The notes below the pieces were generated by a model. It made no database searches. It was given only the letters and a program-made list of their open reading frames with translations, and was not told where the DNA came from. The position numbers and the translations under genes are program-made. A stretch of DNA of 64,000 nt, taken from contig CAVXOE010000010.1 in assembly GCA_963763365.1 (NCBI GenBank), forward strand, positions 30 through 64,029, in the 5' to 3' direction. The DNA comes from an uncultured Alphaproteobacteria bacterium. GTDB lineage: Bacteria > Pseudomonadota > Alphaproteobacteria > Rhizobiales > Xanthobacteraceae. Positions 9,813-19,793 of this stretch are shown in pieces (the stretch's first letter is position 1; each line of letters starts with the position of its first letter).

Positions 9813-10811
9813 ATGGCTCGTTTTGCGACGCTTCCGCGTGCCCGAATTCTGCTGTCCGCGAGTGCGCTGATCTGTGCGCAGGTTATTCCGGTGTTCGGCG
9901 AGCCGGTTGAAACGGGCTCGATCAAGATGACCGGGGCGGCCTCGGCCAGAGTTGAAGCAGCCGCCAAGCCGGCGGCGGCCGCAGCCACCAACGGCGATAC
10001 CGCCAGCAAACCAACCGCGGCCCCCGCCAAGAGCGATACCACGAGCAAGTCGGCCTGCGACCGCGACGCGTTCCGCGTCATCGTGGACGTGGGACATACC
10101 GCCGGCAAGCCGGGCGCCACGAGTGCGCGCGGCGCCTATGAGTATGACTTCAATCTGAAGCTCGCGACCTTGATCGACCACAAGCTGCGCGACGCCGGGT
10201 TCGCCAAGACGGTGCTGCTGATCACCAAGGACACGCCCTATTACGCCGGCCTGTTCAAGCGGGCCGAGCGTGCCTCGGCCTTGAGTGCGGATTTGTTCTT
10301 GTCGATTCACCACGACTCGGTGCCGGATTCCTTCCTGCAGAAATGGGAATACCAGGGCGTGCAGCGCTCCTACAGCGACCGCTTCAAGGGCCATTCCATC
10401 TTCATTTCCAAGGACAACGGCGATTACCGCAGCAGCCTGATGTTCGCCAAGCAGTTGGGGCAGCAGCTCAAGGATCGCGGCATGAAATATACGCCGCACT
10501 ACACCGAGAAGTTCATGGGTCACCGGCAGCGCATCCTGGTCGATGCCGATGTCGGCGTGTACCGGTACGACCAGTTGATCGTGCTGAGAAACAATCGGAC
10601 TCCGGCCGTGCTGCTGGAAGCAGGTTCGATCATCAATCGCGACGAGGAACTGCTGATGGCCTCGCCGGAGCGGCGCGGCGTCATCGGCGCAGCCGCGGTC
10701 GCCGCGGTGGAGAATTATTGCGCGGAGCGATCTTCGGCGACGCGGTCGGTGGAGCGGCCGGCGACGCGGTCGGCGGACCGGCGGACGACGGGCTCCGGCC
10801 GCCGTCGATGA
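9813..10811 (+). CDS. N-acetylmuramoyl-L-alanine amidase (Amidase_3 family), secreted
   Basis: Signal-like N-terminus MARFATLPRARILLSASALICAQV. Amidase_3 motifs VDVGHTAGKPGA...YEYDFNLKLA and ADLFLSIHHDS. The C-terminal tail contains a 24-nt tandem duplication (10736-10783). Confidence 0.8.
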   Translation: MARFATLPRARILLSASALICAQVIPVFGEPVETGSIKMTGAASARVEAAAKPAAAAATNGDTASKPTAAPAKSDTTSKSACDRDAFRVIVDVGHTAGKPGATSARGAYEYDFNLKLATLIDHKLRDAGFAKTVLLITKDTPYYAGLFKRAERASALSADLFLSIHHDSVPDSFLQKWEYQGVQRSYSDRFKGHSIFISKDNGDYRSSLMFAKQLGQQLKDRGMKYTPHYTEKFMGHRQRILVDADVGVYRYDQLIVLRNNRTPAVLLEAGSIINRDEELLMASPERRGVIGAAAVAAVENYCAERSSATRSVERPATRSADRRTTGSGRRR

Positions 10812-11617
10812 CGCTCACGGCGTCGGTCCTGCGCCACGCGCCAACGCGCGTGAGTGGGGCGGTCTTAGCGCTCGCCCTTGTCATCGCAGCCGGCTTGGTC
10901 TCGATCGCGCATTCCGCGCCGCAGGAGGCGCTGCCGCCCGGTTTTGTCTATCTGCGCGACATCGATCCGACGATCGAGCAGGGCATGCGCTACGCGGGGT
11001 ACGACAATTTCGTCGGGCATCCGCTGCCGGGCTACGATGCGCCGGAATGCATTCTGCGGCGTGAAGCCGCGGCGGCGCTCAAGCAGGTGCAGGCGGACCT
11101 CAAGGCCTCCAATCTGAAGCTCAAGGTCTACGACTGCTATCGCCCGACGCGCGCGGTGCGCGCGATGGCGCAATGGGCGGGCGATGGGCGCAACGGCGCG
11201 ACCAAGCGCTATTATCCGAAGCTGCAGAAGCAGAACCTGTTCGCGCTCGGCTATATCGCGAGCCGCTCGGAGCATTCCGCCGGTACGACGGTCGACCTGT
11301 CGATGGTCGAGATCGATCATCCGCCGGTCGCTCCCTTCGACCGCAACGCCAGCTACGGACCCTGCACGGGGCCGGCCGCGCAACGCAGCCCCGACGACAG
11401 CATCGACATGGGAACCGGCTACGATTGCTTCGACGTGGCGAGCCATACGACGAGCCCCGCCATCACGCCCGAGCAGCGGCGCTGGCGCAATCAGCTCGTC
11501 AGCGCGATGGGCAAGCGCGGCTTCCGCAACTATCACCGCGAATGGTGGCACTTCACCTATCGGGGCGGCGGAGCCGGCGGGCAGTACGACTTCCCGATCC
11601 GTCCGCGCGCGAATTGA
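10808..11617 (+). CDS. D-alanyl-D-alanine dipeptidase (VanX/DdpX-like, peptidase M15D), periplasmic
   Basis: ATGA overlap with the amidase gene. N-terminal anchor/signal GAVLALALVIAAGLVSIAHSA. Zinc/catalytic motifs SEHSAGTTVDL and REWWHF. Confidence 0.85.
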   Translation: MTLTASVLRHAPTRVSGAVLALALVIAAGLVSIAHSAPQEALPPGFVYLRDIDPTIEQGMRYAGYDNFVGHPLPGYDAPECILRREAAAALKQVQADLKASNLKLKVYDCYRPTRAVRAMAQWAGDGRNGATKRYYPKLQKQNLFALGYIASRSEHSAGTTVDLSMVEIDHPPVAPFDRNASYGPCTGPAAQRSPDDSIDMGTGYDCFDVASHTTSPAITPEQRRWRNQLVSAMGKRGFRNYHREWWHFTYRGGGAGGQYDFPIRPRAN

Positions 11618-11680
11618 TCGTATCAACGTTCGTTCGGGACCACTCATCGTCTGAGTGAGATCGCGGCCGTGCCACAGCGT

Positions 11681-11783
11681 CCCCTCTCCCGCTTGCGGGG
11701 GAGGGATAGGGAGGGGGCAAGCAACAGGGGCTCGTGCAGGTTCGCCCCCACCCCAACCCTCCCCCGCAAGCGGGAGAGGGAGC
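11681..11783. repeat. Palindromic repeat, family C, composite
   Basis: cccctctcccgcttgcgggggaggg ... ccccaaccctcccccgcaagcgggagaggg. Lies between convergent stops at 11617 and 11827. Confidence 0.75.
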
Positions 11784-11826
11784 GCACCGCGATTGCGGAA
11801 AGATTTTGGGTCACTCCGAGCGAAGT

Positions 11827-12936
11827 CTACTCCCGCCCGGCATCCTCGCGCGTCGGGTAGGCCCAGCAGAGTGCAGGCGGCAGCGCGACCGTGACCTCGC
11901 TGCCGACCGGATAGTGCACGCTGGTGCCGAGCTCGATTGCATCGATGCGGCCGTCGAACATCGCGAGCTCGTACACGGTCTGCGTGCCCTGGTAGCGCTG
12001 GCCGGCGACGCGCGCGGTGAACTGGTTGGGCCCGGCCGTGCCGTTTGCGCCGAGCCGCACGTTCTCCGGGCGCACTGCGATCTTCACCGGTTCGCCCGCC
12101 TTCACACCGGCCGGAAGCCAGGCCGTGAGGCGGTGGCCTCCGCCCGCCTCGACGGTGCCGAACTCGCCGTTGCGGTCGAGCACGCGGCCCTGCAGCAGGT
12201 TCGACGCGCCGGTGAAATTGGCCACGAACAAGTCGGCCGGCCGATTGTAGATCTGATCCGCCGATGCCATCTGCAGCAGCTTGCCGTCGCGCATGACGCC
12301 GATGCGGTCGCCGAGCACGACCGCCTCGGCCTGGTCGTGCGTGACGTAGAGCGCCGTGACACCGGTCTGCTTGATGATGCGGCGCAGATCGTCGCGCAGC
12401 CGCAGCCGAAGCTGCGCGTCGAGATTACTGAGCGGCTCGTCGAGCAGCAGAAGCTGCGGCTGATAGACGAGGCTGCGCGCCAGCGCGACGCGCTGCATCT
12501 GCCCGCCGGAAAGCGCGACCACCGGCCGTTCGGCGAACTCCGACAAGCCGACAAGCTCGAGCGTCTGGTTGACCTTGCGGTCGATGTCGGCGCGCGAAAC
12601 CCGCCGATGGTGCAGCGGGTAGGCCACGTTCTGCCGCACCGTCATGTGCGGCCAGACCGCGTAGGACTGGAACACCATGCCGATATTGCGCTGACGGGCC
12701 GGCACCTGCACGCCCTCCGCCGGAGCCGACACCAGCCGGCCGCCGATGCTGATGTGCCCGGAGGTGGCGTGCTCGAGTCCGGCGACGCAGCGCAAGGTCG
12801 TGGTCTTGCCGCAACCCGACGGGCCGAGCAGCACCACGATCTCGCCCGACGGCACGTGGAAGCTGATGCCGTCCACCGCCGGGCGGCCGGTGGCGAACTG
12901 CTTGCGCAACTCGCGGACGTCAAGCGCGGCGGACAT
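11827..12936 (-). CDS. ABC transporter ATP-binding protein (Fe3+/polyamine-type, with C-terminal TOBE-like extension)
   Basis: 369 aa. Walker A GPSGCGKTT, signature LSGGQMQRVALAR, Walker B LLLLDEPLS. Confidence 0.9.
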   Translation of the reverse strand: MSAALDVRELRKQFATGRPAVDGISFHVPSGEIVVLLGPSGCGKTTTLRCVAGLEHATSGHISIGGRLVSAPAEGVQVPARQRNIGMVFQSYAVWPHMTVRQNVAYPLHHRRVSRADIDRKVNQTLELVGLSEFAERPVVALSGGQMQRVALARSLVYQPQLLLLDEPLSNLDAQLRLRLRDDLRRIIKQTGVTALYVTHDQAEAVVLGDRIGVMRDGKLLQMASADQIYNRPADLFVANFTGASNLLQGRVLDRNGEFGTVEAGGGHRLTAWLPAGVKAGEPVKIAVRPENVRLGANGTAGPNQFTARVAGQRYQGTQTVYELAMFDGRIDAIELGTSVHYPVGSEVTVALPPALCWAYPTREDAGRE

Positions 12937-12971
12937 GCGGCCTCCCGGACGCTACAGCGGCATCGCCCGTT

Positions 12972-13985
12972 TCACTGACGGTAGTTGTAGGCGCGGTTCC
13001 AGTCCTCGACCCAGGTGGCGCGCAGGTCCTGATACTGCTTGAAGTTCGGGAACCAGGACTTCACCTTTTGCGGATCGTAGCCCTTGGCAAGTAGCGGCGA
13101 GACCTTGAGCGAGGTGAGATTGCCCTGCTCCTTGATCATGAAGGTCTGTCCCTCGACCGACAGGCACCAGTTGAGAAAGAGCTTGGCGGCGTTCGGATTT
13201 CTCGATGCTGCCGGAATGCCGGCGGCATACGGGTTCACCGGCATGCCCTCCGGCGCGAACACGATCTCGACCGGCGCGCCGTCGCGCTGCTTGGTGAAGA
13301 CGATGTTGTAGAGCGAGGGCACGATCGAGACTTCGCCGCGCACCAGCGCATCGGCGGCCGGCGCGCCGGAGGGGAACAGCACGACCTCGGTGGCGGCCTG
13401 CTTCTTCCAGTAATCTTCGCCGAGCACTTGGCGCTCGAACATCACGCGCGTCCAGGTGGTGCCACCCGACGGCGCGATGGTCTGGCCGATCTGCTTGCCC
13501 TTGTATTCGGGCTTGGTCAGATCCATCCAGGTCTTCGGCGGGTTCTTCAAGATCGCCGAATTGTACGCGATCGCCCAGCCGAGCGTCGCCTGCGGCCAGA
13601 ATTTTGGCGACGCGAGCGATTCCGGGAGATAGTCAGCGCCATTGGGCGGCGCGTAGTCCATGAACAGATTCTCGATCTCGAGCATGAGGCCGCGATCGGA
13701 ATGGTTGACCACGTCGGCGAGCAGCTTGCCGGCGGCGGCTTCGGTCTTCATGCGCGTGATGAGCTGGCCGCCCGGCGCCCGCACCATCTCGACCTTGATC
13801 TCCGGGAAGCGCTTGTTGAAGGCCTTGATCACCTCCTGCTCCACTTCGGCGAAGTTCGCCGTGTAGAAGACAAGCCTGCCCTCCTTCTTAGCCGCCGCGA
13901 TCAGCTCCGGCGAGCCGAAGTTCTGCGCCGCGGCGGACGTCGCAAGCGCGGCCGACAGACCGAGAGCGATCAGGATCGATTTCAT
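12972..13985 (-). CDS. ABC transporter periplasmic substrate-binding protein (family 1, iron(III)/thiamine-type)
   Basis: 337 aa. Signal peptide MKSILIALGLSAALATSAAAQ. Located between the permease and ATPase genes of one minus-strand operon. Confidence 0.8.
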   Translation of the reverse strand: MKSILIALGLSAALATSAAAQNFGSPELIAAAKKEGRLVFYTANFAEVEQEVIKAFNKRFPEIKVEMVRAPGGQLITRMKTEAAAGKLLADVVNHSDRGLMLEIENLFMDYAPPNGADYLPESLASPKFWPQATLGWAIAYNSAILKNPPKTWMDLTKPEYKGKQIGQTIAPSGGTTWTRVMFERQVLGEDYWKKQAATEVVLFPSGAPAADALVRGEVSIVPSLYNIVFTKQRDGAPVEIVFAPEGMPVNPYAAGIPAASRNPNAAKLFLNWCLSVEGQTFMIKEQGNLTSLKVSPLLAKGYDPQKVKSWFPNFKQYQDLRATWVEDWNRAYNYRQ

Positions 13986-14001
13986 CGTTCGTTCTCCCGT
14001 T

Positions 14002-15780
14002 TCAGGTTCCGGAGCGGCCGACGCTGGTGTTTGCCCGCCCGCTGGAGAGCCAGTTCGCGACGCCGATCAGCACCGCGAGCAGCACGGTCTGCACCAGGCT
14101 GAAGGCGGCAGCTTTCCCGGTATTGCCGCCCTCGTAGTAGTCGAGCAGGAGGACGGCCATCACCATCGTGTCGCTGGTGTAGAGAAACAGCGAAGAGCCG
14201 AGTTCGCGGACCGCCAGGATGAACAAGAGCGTCATGGCCGCGATGGTGCCCGGCCGCGCCAGCGGCAGGATGATGGTGCGGATGGTGCCGATGAGACCCT
14301 TGCCGCAGATCCAGGCGGCTTCTTCGAGCTCGCGATGGATTTGCAGGAACGAGGTCGACAGCGACTTTATGGTGTCGGGCATGAAGCGCGCGATGAAAGC
14401 CAGCGCCAGGATCCAGATCGTGCCGTAGAGTCCGCCGGGGAGCCCGATCCAGGCCCACAGATACGCGACGCCGATGACAAGGCCCGGGATCGCGACCGGC
14501 AGCGTGGAGATCAAGTCGATGCCGCGGCGTCCGGGCGCGCTGCTGCGGTGGATGGTGTAGCCGATCGCGAACGCCAGAATGCCGCCGAACACCGCCGTGA
14601 TCAGGCCGACCTCCATGGTGTTCCAGATCGACCGCAGGGTGAGCGGATTGTCGAAGATGCTCTCGAAGTGGATGAGCGAGTAGTGCCGCATCTCGAACAA
14701 GCTCGCCGCGTTCGGGATGAACAGGAAGCGCCGGAATGCCGCGACGATCAGCGCCAGCAGCGGCAACACGACCACGATGACGAGATAAAGGAGCGCCAGG
14801 CCGAGCGTCAGCCAGCGCCACGGGCCGAGATCGAGGCTGCGCGGCCGGAAGGCTTTGCCGGCGACCGTCGTGTAGCTGCGTCCCGACAGCACGTACTGCT
14901 GCAGGATCACCAGCGCTCCGGTGACGACCATCAGGATGATCGCGACCGCGGCCGCGGTGCTGTAGAGCGGCGGGCTCCAGTTCGTGAGCTTGAAGATGTA
15001 GGTGGTCAGCACCGAGATGTTGGCGGGCGCGCCCAGCACCGCCGGAATGCCGTAGATGCCGAGCATGACGACGAACGACAGCAGCATGCCGGAGATGATC
15101 GCCGGCGCGATCAGCGGGAACGTGATGGTGAAGAGCGTGCGGACCGGGCCGACGCCGGCGATCTCCGCGGCTTCTTCGAGGCTCGGGTCCATGTTGCGCA
15201 GCGCCGACGCGGTGAACATGTAGACATACGGCGCGTAGTAGATGCCGAAGACGACGACCAGCCCGGTCATCGAATAAAGATTGATCCGCCAATCGATGCC
15301 TGCCCATTTGAACATGGTGTTGATCAGGCCGGACTTCGGCGAGCCGAGGATCGACCAGGCGACGCCGGCGACCAGCGGCGGCACGAACAGCGGCAGCAGG
15401 CTCGCCCCTCCGATGAACCGCCGCCACGGCGTGTTGGTCCGCACGACGATCCAGGAGAACGCCAGACCGATCGCCACCGCGAGTGCGGTGCCGCCCGCGC
15501 ACGCGATCAGCGTGTTGCTGACCGCCAGGTGCACATTGGGGTTGGCGAGAACGGTGAGGAAGTTTTTGATCGACAGATCGAAGATGCCAAACCCATCCAC
15601 CACCGGATTGGTGTTGGTCAGCGCGCCCAGCAGCAGCATGGAGACGGGGTAGAGAACGAGAAAGGCGAGCACGGCCATCAGCGCGCTCGACCACAGCCAG
15701 CCGACGAGCACGCGGAACTGCGTCGAACGCTCGGCCTTTCCAATCGGCGCGGCTAATGCGGCGGTCTCTGCCGTCACCAC
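14002..15780 (-). CDS. ABC transporter permease, duplicated two-domain type (FbpB/AfuB-like)
   Basis: 592 aa and strongly hydrophobic throughout, with two tandem MetI-like permease halves. aagggaggg precedes the GTG start. Confidence 0.85.
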   Translation of the reverse strand: MVTAETAALAAPIGKAERSTQFRVLVGWLWSSALMAVLAFLVLYPVSMLLLGALTNTNPVVDGFGIFDLSIKNFLTVLANPNVHLAVSNTLIACAGGTALAVAIGLAFSWIVVRTNTPWRRFIGGASLLPLFVPPLVAGVAWSILGSPKSGLINTMFKWAGIDWRINLYSMTGLVVVFGIYYAPYVYMFTASALRNMDPSLEEAAEIAGVGPVRTLFTITFPLIAPAIISGMLLSFVVMLGIYGIPAVLGAPANISVLTTYIFKLTNWSPPLYSTAAAVAIILMVVTGALVILQQYVLSGRSYTTVAGKAFRPRSLDLGPWRWLTLGLALLYLVIVVVLPLLALIVAAFRRFLFIPNAASLFEMRHYSLIHFESIFDNPLTLRSIWNTMEVGLITAVFGGILAFAIGYTIHRSSAPGRRGIDLISTLPVAIPGLVIGVAYLWAWIGLPGGLYGTIWILALAFIARFMPDTIKSLSTSFLQIHRELEEAAWICGKGLIGTIRTIILPLARPGTIAAMTLLFILAVRELGSSLFLYTSDTMVMAVLLLDYYEGGNTGKAAAFSLVQTVLLAVLIGVANWLSSGRANTSVGRSGT

Positions 15781-15919
15781 CCCTCCCTTGGCGATTTGCG
15801 TCCTGGTTTCCTGGCGGACGCTTTATTGTTGGCGGTATGGGTAACACAGAACGCGTCGGCCCCGTACTGCTTTCCAGTGGTCTGCACGAGCGGCATTGCC
15901 GCACGTCGTCGCCCCGCCA

Positions 15920-16005
15920 TCATTGCGAGGAGCCCGCAGACTTGGGGGCGACGAAGCAATTCAGATTTTCTGCGATTCTGGATTGCTTCGCTGCGCTCGC
16001 AATGA
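15920..16005. repeat. Palindromic repeat, family D (cattgcgag...gaagcaat type)
   Basis: tcattgcgaggagcccgcag...cgacgaagcaattcaga faces tctggattgcttcgctgcgctcgcaatga. Lies immediately 3' of the FAD-protein gene. Confidence 0.75.
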
Positions 16006-16031
16006 CGGGCGTAGACCGGCTCGGAGCCACT

Positions 16032-17666
16032 CTAGTCCTGACGAACCAGGGCGCCTTCGGCGATGCTCAGCGCCACGGCTTCGGCGACCCGAATGCCGTC
16101 GACCCCGGCCGAGAGGATGCCGCCCGCATAGCCGGCGCCTTCGCCCGCCGGGTAGAGCCCGCGGGTGTTTGTGCTCTGGAAGGAACTGTCGCGGCCGATC
16201 CGGATGGGCGATGAGGTCCGTGTCTCGACCCCGGTCATCGTGGCGTCCGCGAGCGTGAAGCCGGCGATCTCCCGCTCGAAGGCGGGCAGGGCCTCGCGGA
16301 TGGCGGCGGTGACGTAGTCCGGCAAGCAGGTCGCAAGATCGGCCGGCGTCACGGCAGGCTTGTACGAGGGCACGACCTCGCCGAGCGCAGTCGATGCCCG
16401 TCCAGCCAAAAAGTCGCCCACACGCTGCGCCGGCGCCGCGTAGTTCGATCCACCGGCCGCGAACGCGCGCTCCTCCCAATGGCGCTGGAACGCGATGCCG
16501 GCCAGCGTATGGCCAGGATAGTCGGCGGGCGTGATGCCGACCACGATGCCCGCATTGGCGTTGCGTTCGGCGCGCGAATACTGGCTCATGCCGTTGGTGA
16601 CCAAGCGGCCCGGTTCCGAGGCCGCCGCCACCACGGTGCCCCCCGGGCACATGCAGAAACTGTAGACCGAGCGGCCGTTGCTGCCGTGATGCACCAGCTT
16701 GTAGTCGGCGGCGCCGAGACGTGGATGGCCGGCGCCGCCGGCGAAACGGCAGCGGTCGATCAGCGACTGCGGGTGCTCGATGCGCACGCCGATCGAAAAC
16801 GGCTTTGCTTCCATGGCGACGCCGCGGTCGTACAGCATCTCGAACGTGTCGCGCGCGCTGTGGCCGACTGCCAGCACGACATGATCCGACGCGATGTGCG
16901 TGCCGTCGGACAACACCACGCCGCGGACGTGCCGGCTGCCGTCGGCGCGTACCTCGATGTCGAAGTCGGCGACCTTGCTCTCGAAGCGATACTCGCCGCC
17001 CAGCGCCTCGATGGTCTGCCGCAGGCTTTCCACGATGGTCACCAGCCGGAACGTGCCGATATGCGGCTTGGCGACGTAGAGGATTTCGGGCGGCGCGCCG
17101 GCCTTGACGAACTCGGTCAGGACCTTGCGGCCGTGATGATGCGGGTCCTTGATCTGGCTGTAGAGCTTGCCGTCGGAGAACGTACCGGCGCCGCCTTCGC
17201 CGAACTGCACGTTCGATTCCGGATTGAGCACCGACTTGCGCCAGAAGTCCCAGGTGTCTTTCGTGCGCTCGCGAATGACCTTGCCGCGTTCGAGGATGAG
17301 CGGACGGAATCCCATTTGCGCGAGGACGAGCGCGGCCAGCAGGCCGCACGGACCCGTGCCGATGACGATGGGTCGCGTACGCGGCGCCTCCGGCGCGCGC
17401 GTCACGAACCGGTAATCGAGATCGGGCGCAGGCGATACGTGACGGTCGCCCGCGAAGCGCTTGAGCAGCGCGGCTTCGTTCCTGACCTCCACGTCGAGCG
17501 TGTAGATCAGCGTGATCGCGCTGCGCTTGCGGGCATCGGCGGCGCGTCGGAACACCGCGTAGCGGACGAGATCCTGCGGCTTGATCTTCAGCCGCTTGAG
17601 GATGGCGCTTTCGATTTCGCCCTCGGCGTGATCGAGCGGCAGCCGCAGTTCGGTCAGGCGCAGCAT
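16032..17666 (-). CDS. NAD(P)/FAD-dependent oxidoreductase (COG2509-type uncharacterised FAD dehydrogenase)
   Basis: 544 aa. Dinucleotide-binding motif IVIGTGPCGLLAALVLAQMG. The N-terminal MLRLTELRLPLDH...ILKRL segment is typical of this family. Confidence 0.8.
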   Translation of the reverse strand: MLRLTELRLPLDHAEGEIESAILKRLKIKPQDLVRYAVFRRAADARKRSAITLIYTLDVEVRNEAALLKRFAGDRHVSPAPDLDYRFVTRAPEAPRTRPIVIGTGPCGLLAALVLAQMGFRPLILERGKVIRERTKDTWDFWRKSVLNPESNVQFGEGGAGTFSDGKLYSQIKDPHHHGRKVLTEFVKAGAPPEILYVAKPHIGTFRLVTIVESLRQTIEALGGEYRFESKVADFDIEVRADGSRHVRGVVLSDGTHIASDHVVLAVGHSARDTFEMLYDRGVAMEAKPFSIGVRIEHPQSLIDRCRFAGGAGHPRLGAADYKLVHHGSNGRSVYSFCMCPGGTVVAAASEPGRLVTNGMSQYSRAERNANAGIVVGITPADYPGHTLAGIAFQRHWEERAFAAGGSNYAAPAQRVGDFLAGRASTALGEVVPSYKPAVTPADLATCLPDYVTAAIREALPAFEREIAGFTLADATMTGVETRTSSPIRIGRDSSFQSTNTRGLYPAGEGAGYAGGILSAGVDGIRVAEAVALSIAEGALVRQD

Positions 17667-17704
17667 GCGAAGGCGCTCATGCGAGGGAATGTCGTGCGCT
17701 CACG

Positions 17705-18512
17705 TCACGCGTCCAGGAATTCGAGCAGGCCGGCGCTGAAGTCCCGCGGCTGCTCCAGGGGGCTCATGTGACCCGAGCCTGCGATCCGCCGGAAGGCCGC
17801 GCCCGGAATGGTGTCGGCGAGCAGACGCGAGGAGTTGCGGCAGAGATAGTCGTGCTGACCGGCCATCACAAGCGTCGGGACCTTGATGGATTTCAGCGTT
17901 TCGGTGACGCGGAACAGCGATTTGCGCTTGCCCAGCACCTCCGACAGCGTGTGGCGCAGCCCGGCGAGCGGCGTCGCGCGAATCAATCCCGCCATGTGCC
18001 GCCGGTATCGCGGGCCGCAGTTTGCGTAGACCTTGAAGAGCTCGCTGCGCAGCATGTCGGCGATCACCTCCTCGGCGCCCTCGCGCTGCGCAAACGCGAT
18101 CCAGCGTTGCGCCAGCCATTGAATTTTCCAGGCGTCGTCCGCGCCGGCGCCCACGTCGGCGAGTACAAGGTGCGATAGTCGCTCCGGTTGGGCCGCTGCG
18201 AGCGCCAGTGCCGGTCCGCCGCCCAGCGAGAAACCGACCACGGCGACCTTGTCGAGCCCGAGCGCGTCCAGGAAGCCGATCAGGTCGCGAACGAGGTGGC
18301 CGGCGGAATAGCGCGTCGCGTCGTCGGGTGCGTCGGTCAGGCCATGTCCGCGACAGGTCGTAGGCGATGACGCGGTATCGCCCGCTCAGCGCGCGGACCT
18401 GGTGAAACCACATGCGCTTGCCGCACGCCAGTCCATGCAGCAGTACGACCGGGCGCCCCTGTCCGACGCTGCGGTAGTCGATGCTGATATCGCCGACCAC
18501 GACTCCGGTCAC
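17705..18512 (-). pseudogene. Alpha/beta hydrolase, reading frame broken once (extra base at about 18353)
   Basis: The upstream part MTGVVVGDISIDYRSVGQGRPVVLLHGLACGKRMWFHQVRALSGRYRVIAYDL ends in the expected RGHG motif only if one base is skipped. The downstream part continues RGHGLTDAP...VVGFSLGGGPA (G-x-S-x-G)...GSGHMSPLEQP in the next phase. Confidence 0.8.
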
Positions 18513-18548
18513 GATCGGCTCACCGGCGGGGAAGCGGGCTGAGCAGCG

Positions 18549-19631
18549 TCACCGCGTGGCCCGCTTGAGATAATCGGAGACGAAGGCCCGCATCTCCGGG
18601 CGCACCGTCAGCACCTTGCGGACTTGGGCATTAATGTCGGGGCCGCCTTCGTAGTCCGGCACAAAGCCCATGACCTTGATGGCGTCGTCCGCATAGGCCT
18701 TGTCGTCGTTCAATCGCCGCACCGCCGCGCGCAAGGCCAGGACGGCGGCGGGCGGGGCGTTCGGCGGCAGCGCGAGCAGCCGTTGCATCGCGCCGTTGAT
18801 CGCGAGGCTGGAGAGATAGACATCCCAGAGCTGGCCCGACGGCGGCACGCCCTTGATCTTCTGATAAAGCTCCTGGAAGGACAGCACCGTCAGGCCCTCG
18901 ACCTGCCGCGGCACGCTCAGCGCCTCACCGTTGAAGTTGGGATCGTAGTAGAGCGGGATCACCAGCCCCGGCTTGGTCATGCTCGGCTCGACCACGCTGC
19001 GGTAGCCGGGCGGCGATTCGGCAAACAGGTTGACTTCGTTGCGCTGCAGCGCGAGGCGGGCGGCCTGGTTGCTGCGATAGCCGGTGACGTGACGGAACGG
19101 CACGCCCAGGATGTCGAGCGTGAGGCGGATCAGCAGGTCCTTCGAATTGTCGGCCGCAAGCCCGCCGGAGATCAGGCCCTGCGCCTTGACGATGTCGGTG
19201 GCGTTTTTCATGCCCGGCGCCACATCGGTGCGGACGTAGTACACCGTGGTACCGGCCTGGTAGCCGAGGAACTCGTAGCTGCGCAGGTCGACGCGATGCT
19301 TTTCGGGGTCGTTGGCGTAGACGCCGGCCGCGCCCGTCAGATAGCCCATCATGGTGCCATCCTTGGGGGCGATCTCGCCCAGATAGGTCGTGCCGATGAG
19401 GCCGCCGGCGCCGTCGATGTTCTGCACCACGATCGAGGGCTGGCCGTCGATCAGCCGGCCGATGTGCCGGGCAAAGAGCCGGCCCTCGATGTCGGTCGGC
19501 CCGCCGGGCGCGTAGTTGATCAGGACCGACAGCCGCTTGCCCTTGTAGTAAGGCTCCTGCGCCAGCGCTTGCGGCGCGCTGCAGAGCAGCGCGGCACATA
19601 GCCCGAGCGTGATGGAGCGCAAGGTCAGCAT
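18549..19631 (-). CDS. Periplasmic solute-binding protein, divergent Bug/TctC-like
   Basis: Signal peptide MLTLRSITLGLCAALLCSAPQALA. The NYAPGGPTDIEGRLFARHI segment resembles the Bug P-G-G-x-T-D motif. Function unknown. Start moved to the second Met. Confidence 0.5.
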   Translation of the reverse strand: MLTLRSITLGLCAALLCSAPQALAQEPYYKGKRLSVLINYAPGGPTDIEGRLFARHIGRLIDGQPSIVVQNIDGAGGLIGTTYLGEIAPKDGTMMGYLTGAAGVYANDPEKHRVDLRSYEFLGYQAGTTVYYVRTDVAPGMKNATDIVKAQGLISGGLAADNSKDLLIRLTLDILGVPFRHVTGYRSNQAARLALQRNEVNLFAESPPGYRSVVEPSMTKPGLVIPLYYDPNFNGEALSVPRQVEGLTVLSFQELYQKIKGVPPSGQLWDVYLSSLAINGAMQRLLALPPNAPPAAVLALRAAVRRLNDDKAYADDAIKVMGFVPDYEGGPDINAQVRKVLTVRPEMRAFVSDYLKRATR

Positions 19632-19793
19632 CGCAGGGTCCAGCGTCGATTTCGGCAATTCTAGAGCGAGTCCGCTTCGCTTGGAATTGCTCATTCACTT
19701 TCCCCGCTAGGTTGATCCGCGGCGTGAATTTCTCCTACCCTGTGGGCGCCGGTTCACGCGCCCCTCATCCCTCCCGACAACTCAAGGCCCGAC

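Noticed and set aside
15781-15919. Possible riboswitch or leader upstream of the iron/thiamine-type ABC operon
   Set aside because: No recognisable conserved riboswitch core. The only strong structure nearby is the family D repeat, which belongs to the 3' end of the neighbouring gene.
13982-17349. 640-aa (13982-15904) and 462-aa (15961-17349) minus-strand ORFs, and 473-aa plus-strand ORF 14335-15756
   Set aside because: They are out-of-frame or antisense to the ABC permease and the COG2509 FAD protein. The sequences are extreme Arg/Pro/Gly/Asp runs.
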